Assembly: GCA_046590195.1 (NCBI GenBank)
Contig: JBKJTP010000278.1
Span: 1 to 46,719, forward strand
Direction: 5' to 3'
DNA: 46,719 nt
Source: Candidatus Kapaibacterium sp.
GTDB lineage: Bacteria; Bacteroidota; Ignavibacteria; Palsa-1295
The notes beneath the pieces are model-generated. The model was not told the DNA's origin. It made no database searches and saw nothing but the letters and a program-made list of their open reading frames with translations. This document shows, piece after piece, positions 42,897 through 46,719 of the stretch; position 1 is the first letter of the stretch, and the number at the start of each line of letters is the position of its first letter. The translations under genes and the position numbers were made by a program.

Positions 42897-43985
42897 ATGG
42901 CCAAGACGATCATCATTGCTTCGGGCGGTACGGGTGGACATCTCTATCCGACGATCGCTATCGCAGACGAGATCAAGCAGATCGATCCCGATGCTCGTGT
43001 CGTATTCGTCGGCACCAGTGACAGGATCGAGGCCAGAGAGGTCCCAAGAGCGGGATATGAATTTCATCCGATCTCGATCGAGGCGCCGAGAAAGTCGATC
43101 GGCTCAATGATCAAGTTTCCGTTCACGATGCTGAAAGCGATCATCGATTGCATCGGCATCATTGGTAAGACGGAGGCTACCGCGTTCTTAGGCGGTGGCG
43201 CATATCTCAGCGTGCCGGTAGGCATTGCAGCCTGGATAAAAGGATTAAGACTTGGACTGTTAGAGATCAATTCGATCGGCGGATCAGCCAATAAACTGCT
43301 CTCTCGATTTGCAAAGCGGATCTTCCTCGCCTATCCAGAATCGAAGAGAGATTTTGCAAATGCGAGTTCGATCCTTGAGATCAGCGGGACACCTGTTCGG
43401 CACAATCTTGGAGCTGAGTTGAATCCCCAGGAAGCTCGGCAGTCGTTTGGAGTTGATCCAGCAAATCCGACTGTTCTGGTGTTTGGCGGGTCACTAGGAG
43501 CGAAAGCGATCAACGAAGCGATGCTCAATGCTTCGGTTGCGTTGTCGGACAGAGGCTATAATGTGATCTGGCAGACAGGCAAGAGCGCGGATGTGGCGGA
43601 ATTGAAGAATAAGGTGCAAAGCCAGAATGTCCACATTGCGGAGTATATCTTCCAAATGGACAAAGCTTATACTGCCGCCGATCTTGTTGTAGCCAGGGCA
43701 GGTGCCTCCACACTTGCTGAATTGTCGCAGATCGGGAAAGCCGCCATCTTGGTGCCCTATCCATTTGCAGCGGATAATCATCAGGAGCACAACGCACGGG
43801 CGTACGAGCAGGAAGGCGCAGCCATCGTGCTCAGAGATATAGAATTGAATGAGAAGCTGTTGCCTGAGATCGAGAGACTGATGGCGGACACCATGACGAG
43901 AGAGACGATGGCAAGCTCAATGAAGAAACGGGAGAACAAACGGGCAGCGCGCATTGTAGCAGAGTGGCTGCTCTCGGCTTCGTGA
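42897..43985 (+). CDS. murG: Undecaprenyldiphospho-muramoylpentapeptide beta-N-acetylglucosaminyltransferase MurG
   Basis: ASGGTGGHLYP N-terminus, VFGGSLGA, ARAGASTLAEL and QEHNA. Confidence 0.9.
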   Translation: MAKTIIIASGGTGGHLYPTIAIADEIKQIDPDARVVFVGTSDRIEAREVPRAGYEFHPISIEAPRKSIGSMIKFPFTMLKAIIDCIGIIGKTEATAFLGGGAYLSVPVGIAAWIKGLRLGLLEINSIGGSANKLLSRFAKRIFLAYPESKRDFANASSILEISGTPVRHNLGAELNPQEARQSFGVDPANPTVLVFGGSLGAKAINEAMLNASVALSDRGYNVIWQTGKSADVAELKNKVQSQNVHIAEYIFQMDKAYTAADLVVARAGASTLAELSQIGKAAILVPYPFAADNHQEHNARAYEQEGAAIVLRDIELNEKLLPEIERLMADTMTRETMASSMKKRENKRAARIVAEWLLSAS

Positions 43986-44006
43986 TCTGCGAACCCACAC
44001 ACTAGC

Positions 44007-44513
44007 ATGGCGAACGACAAGCACGTTTATCATTTCAAGCTCGATTTTTTGTATCAGTCGATCGCGGTCTATGCCGGGACGCTCGTGCTGTATCTCTTTG
44101 TTCGAGGCTGGTTCGTCGAGAAGGAATTCTCGATCGTCTGGCGCGACCCGATCCTCTATCTGCTCTCGGCGATCACACTCGTCTCGCTTCTTGCATTGCT
44201 TTATTATGTGATGATGAAGCGCCGTATCGAGGTCGATGGCGACACGATCAATTTTATCAGCGCTGTTCGAAGCCGTTCAATTAAACGAAGCGATGTCGAA
44301 AGCGTCAGAATTGGAAGAGAGACCGGCAGCAAGGTCTTGCGTGGGATGAGGGTAGTATCGATCCGAGTGCGAGATGGGCGCCGACCGATCCGAATTCGTC
44401 CGGCCTATTTCGAGAATGGCCCGCAGCTATCGAGTGATCTGCAACGGTGGGCAGGCAATCTACTGCAAGTTGTCAAGCGCCCTGCATTGGGCATCAGACC
44501 AAGAAGAAGTTAA
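44007..44513 (+). CDS. Membrane-anchored hypothetical protein (two TM segments plus basic beta-rich, possibly bacterial PH-like, domain)
   Basis: 168-aa ORF packed 21 nt after murG and 18 nt before murC. TMs are SIAVYAGTLVLYLFV and ILYLLSAITLVSLLALLYYV. The C-terminal part reads IEVDGDTINFISAVRSRSIKRSDVESVRIGRE...VVSIRVRDGRRPIRIRP. Confidence 0.65.
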   Translation: MANDKHVYHFKLDFLYQSIAVYAGTLVLYLFVRGWFVEKEFSIVWRDPILYLLSAITLVSLLALLYYVMMKRRIEVDGDTINFISAVRSRSIKRSDVESVRIGRETGSKVLRGMRVVSIRVRDGRRPIRIRPAYFENGPQLSSDLQRWAGNLLQVVKRPALGIRPRRS

Positions 44514-44531
44514 TAAGCATCTCTGTTACGA

Positions 44532-45986
44532 GTGAAGCACGTACACTTTATCGGTATTGGTGGAGCAGGCACAAGTGGCCTGGCTGAAGTGCTGCTTGCT
44601 CGCGGAGTAACAGTCACGGGTAGCGATCTCGCATTCTCTGCAAAAACGCAGGAGCTGATCGCGCAGGGTGCTGGAGTGAAAGAGGGACATACTGCTTCGA
44701 ACCTCACAGATGATGTGGATACGGTGGTCTATTCTTCCGCCATAAAGAAGGCCCGCAACGTAGAACTTGAAGAAGCTGAACGTCGAGGCATCAGAACCGT
44801 CCGTCGTGCAGACTTCATGGGCGAACTGCTCGAAGGATTCAAGACGATCGGCGTGGCCGGCACGCATGGCAAAACGACGACGACGGCGATGATCGCCGCA
44901 ATACTGTTAGAAGCCAAGGCAGATCCGCTGGTCTTTGTTGGCGCCTCAGTAAAAGAATTGGATGGCCGTAACGCCCGCTCGGGCAAAGGGCCGCTGGCAG
45001 TTGTTGAAGCCGACGAATACGATCGCAGCTTCCTGGCGATAAAGCCTTACATTGCTGTGATGACATCGCTCGAAGCCGAGCATCTCGATATCTACAAGGA
45101 TCTCGATGATCTCAAGGCAACGTTTGTGCAGTTCGCGAATCAGCGATCAGGGACGGACAAAGAGGGCTTCGCAGTCATCTGTCTCGATGAGCCGAATCTG
45201 AGAGCGATCACACCGAAGCTTGAAAAGCAGATCGTCACATACGGCTTGTCGTCGCCAGAAGCGAAGTACAAAGCTAAAGGAATTCAGCAATTGGGAGCAA
45301 AGCTCAAAGCGACGATAACTCGTGGCGGTGAGACGATAGGTGAACTAGAGCTTGGCGTGCCTGGCGAACACAACTTGAAGAATGCGCTCGCCGCGATCGC
45401 GATCGCGGATATTCTTGCGATACCGTTTGAGGTTACGAAGAAAGCTCTGAAGAAATTCGGTGGCGCCCAACGACGCTTCTCGGTAATGGGTGAAGTCAAT
45501 GGCGTGCTGGTCATCGATGACTACGCGCATCATCCGACCGAGATCGAAGCCACATTATCGACCGTGAAGAAGTCGTATCCGGGCCGCAGGGTCATAGCAT
45601 GTTTCCAACCGCATACCTTTACGCGGACGAGAGATTTTTCTGAAGCATTCGGCCAGCAACTGGCGAAGAATGCGGACAAAGTGTTGTTACTCGATATCTA
45701 CCCAGCTCGTGAGCTCCCGATCGAAGGCATTACAAGCCAGTTGATCGTGGATGCTTCGCACGCTGCAGGTAACATCGACACGGAATTGGTGTCTTCACTG
45801 GAGACGCTACCCACGTACCTCGGTACGATCGCCCAGACGGGCGATATCATACTCACCATCGGTGCCGGCACCATCACAGAAGCCGCACCGCTGATACTTA
45901 CGATGCTCGCTAATGGACGCGATCATCAAACGGCTAACGCAGCACGAGCCACAGACCTGAATACGAAAAAGGTTAATGCTGCATAG
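44532..45986 (+). CDS. murC: UDP-N-acetylmuramate--L-alanine ligase MurC
   Basis: HFIGIGGAGTSGLAEVL, P-loop GTHGKTTTTAM, DDYAHHPTEI. GTG start. Confidence 0.9.
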   Translation: MKHVHFIGIGGAGTSGLAEVLLARGVTVTGSDLAFSAKTQELIAQGAGVKEGHTASNLTDDVDTVVYSSAIKKARNVELEEAERRGIRTVRRADFMGELLEGFKTIGVAGTHGKTTTTAMIAAILLEAKADPLVFVGASVKELDGRNARSGKGPLAVVEADEYDRSFLAIKPYIAVMTSLEAEHLDIYKDLDDLKATFVQFANQRSGTDKEGFAVICLDEPNLRAITPKLEKQIVTYGLSSPEAKYKAKGIQQLGAKLKATITRGGETIGELELGVPGEHNLKNALAAIAIADILAIPFEVTKKALKKFGGAQRRFSVMGEVNGVLVIDDYAHHPTEIEATLSTVKKSYPGRRVIACFQPHTFTRTRDFSEAFGQQLAKNADKVLLLDIYPARELPIEGITSQLIVDASHAAGNIDTELVSSLETLPTYLGTIAQTGDIILTIGAGTITEAAPLILTMLANGRDHQTANAARATDLNTKKVNAA

Positions 45987-45991
45987 GGAAC

Positions 45992-46719
45992 ATGGAAGAA
46001 GAGATCAAAGACCAAAGCGCGTCGCAGGATGCTACTCAAGAGTCATCGCAAGATGCGCCTACAAATGCGATCGAAGAAACGCCTCGTGCAACTGAAGAAG
46101 CACTGACGGAGACGCCAGAGGCTGTAGCAGAGCCTGAAGCTGAGCCTAAATCAAGGCCTGCTCAGGATTCGCAGATCGAATCGTCAGAGCCAGTCTCGCT
46201 TGCGGATGTGATAGCGATGCCCGAGGACAGACCACGCGAACGAAGACAAGATCGCGAGAAGCGTCCGCGTGAAAAACGCACATTTCAAAAGCCGAAGCGC
46301 GAATTCACGCGCTACGTCACGGTGCTCTTCTCCGGACAGCGCGAGCCTGCAGATGACATGTTCATATGCGATATCGAAAAGCGTGGTGAGTGGCTGTCGG
46401 TCACGAATCTCGAGCAGATCCGCACACGTCGTGAAGTGCTGGATTATCTCAAAGAAATTGAAAGCGGTCTTGTCGGACTCGATTTCCCATTCAGTTTTCC
46501 GCAGCCGTTCATTGAGTTTGTGAAGCCTGAGATCAAGGCTGAAGGCTGGCGTGGACAGATCAAGACGGTCCGCGAAGATCTCAAGAAAAATTTGGACGAT
46601 GGCGTTCGCAAATGGATCGAACGCATCGGCAGATACCGCGAGTCGCAACTCGCGCCGGAAGATGAAGGACAGAATCGCTTCCAGCGCCCTGATCCACGCC
46701 GACGCAACGATCGTGGTCT
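45992..46719 (+). CDS. Unknown protein, 3'-truncated at window edge (not in the ORF track because no stop lies in the window)
   Basis: My manual translation from the ATG at 45992 (5 nt after the murC stop) runs 242 codons to the window end without a stop. It reads MEEEIKDQSASQDATQESSQDAPTNAIEE...RPRERRQDREKRPREKRTFQKPKREFTRYVTVLFSGQ...GLVGLDFPFSFPQPFIEFV... The sequence is an acidic tail, then a basic patch, then a globular part. Confidence 0.6.
   Translation, partial: MEEEIKDQSASQDATQESSQDAPTNAIEETPRATEEALTETPEAVAEPEAEPKSRPAQDSQIESSEPVSLADVIAMPEDRPRERRQDREKRPREKRTFQKPKREFTRYVTVLFSGQREPADDMFICDIEKRGEWLSVTNLEQIRTRREVLDYLKEIESGLVGLDFPFSFPQPFIEFVKPEIKAEGWRGQIKTVREDLKKNLDDGVRKWIERIGRYRESQLAPEDEGQNRFQRPDPRRRNDRG

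Noticed and set aside
46184-46648. 154-aa minus-strand ORF near the window end.
   Set aside because: It is antisense to the longer stop-free plus-strand frame that starts 5 nt after murC. The plus frame has the more protein-like composition and operon-consistent placement.

Overview
This is a 46.7-kb chromosomal window of core housekeeping genes with no recognisable mobile or defence content. I found no tRNA, rRNA, CRISPR array, transposase or integrase on either strand. All calls rest on motif recognition in the ORF-track translations and on reading the DNA; no BLAST or HMM search was possible.

Lineage clues point to the FCB superphylum (Bacteroidota/Ignavibacteriota/Chlorobi-like): a peptidase with a T9SS-type C-terminal sorting domain, mostly Shine-Dalgarno-less starts, and a TAnnTTTG-type -10 element.

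Layout:
- 1-4.3 kb: ABC exporter 3' end, GNAT acetyltransferase, secreted HMA-domain protein, fused E1 alpha/beta 2-oxoacid dehydrogenase.
- 4.4-12.8 kb: phosphate-acquisition island pstS1, small lipoprotein, OprO/P-like porin, pstS2, pstC, pstA, pstB, phoU.
- 12.8-30.4 kb: mixed housekeeping genes. In order: aldo/keto reductase, SRPBCC, DUF952, uppP, IMPase, larB, plsY, methyltransferase, htrA, purD, DUF3108, an ABC-2 pair, a two-gene membrane module, a CADD-like di-iron protein, an S41 peptidase and yihY.
- 30.5-46.7 kb: dcw cluster mraZ, rsmH, ftsL, ftsI, murE, murF, mraY, murD, ftsW, murG, orf, murC, plus an open-ended unknown ORF.

I see no obvious novel multi-gene system. The observations most worth a second look are:
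- Three arrays of 11-bp-phased TAAY direct repeats (candidate lineage-specific Pho boxes) upstream of pstS1, the porin and pstS2.
- A large acidic repeat-bearing insert in PstC.
- An unusually gappy, palindrome-rich 5' half of the dcw cluster.
- Disordered extensions on FtsL and FtsI, plus PASTA domains on FtsI.
- A membrane-anchored PH-like ORF wedged between murG and murC.
- A non-FtsQ-like unknown ORF (missing from the ORF track) immediately after murC.
- An internally duplicated membrane protein paired with a small anchored partner.
- A short CTCAGCACT-based palindromic intergenic repeat family.
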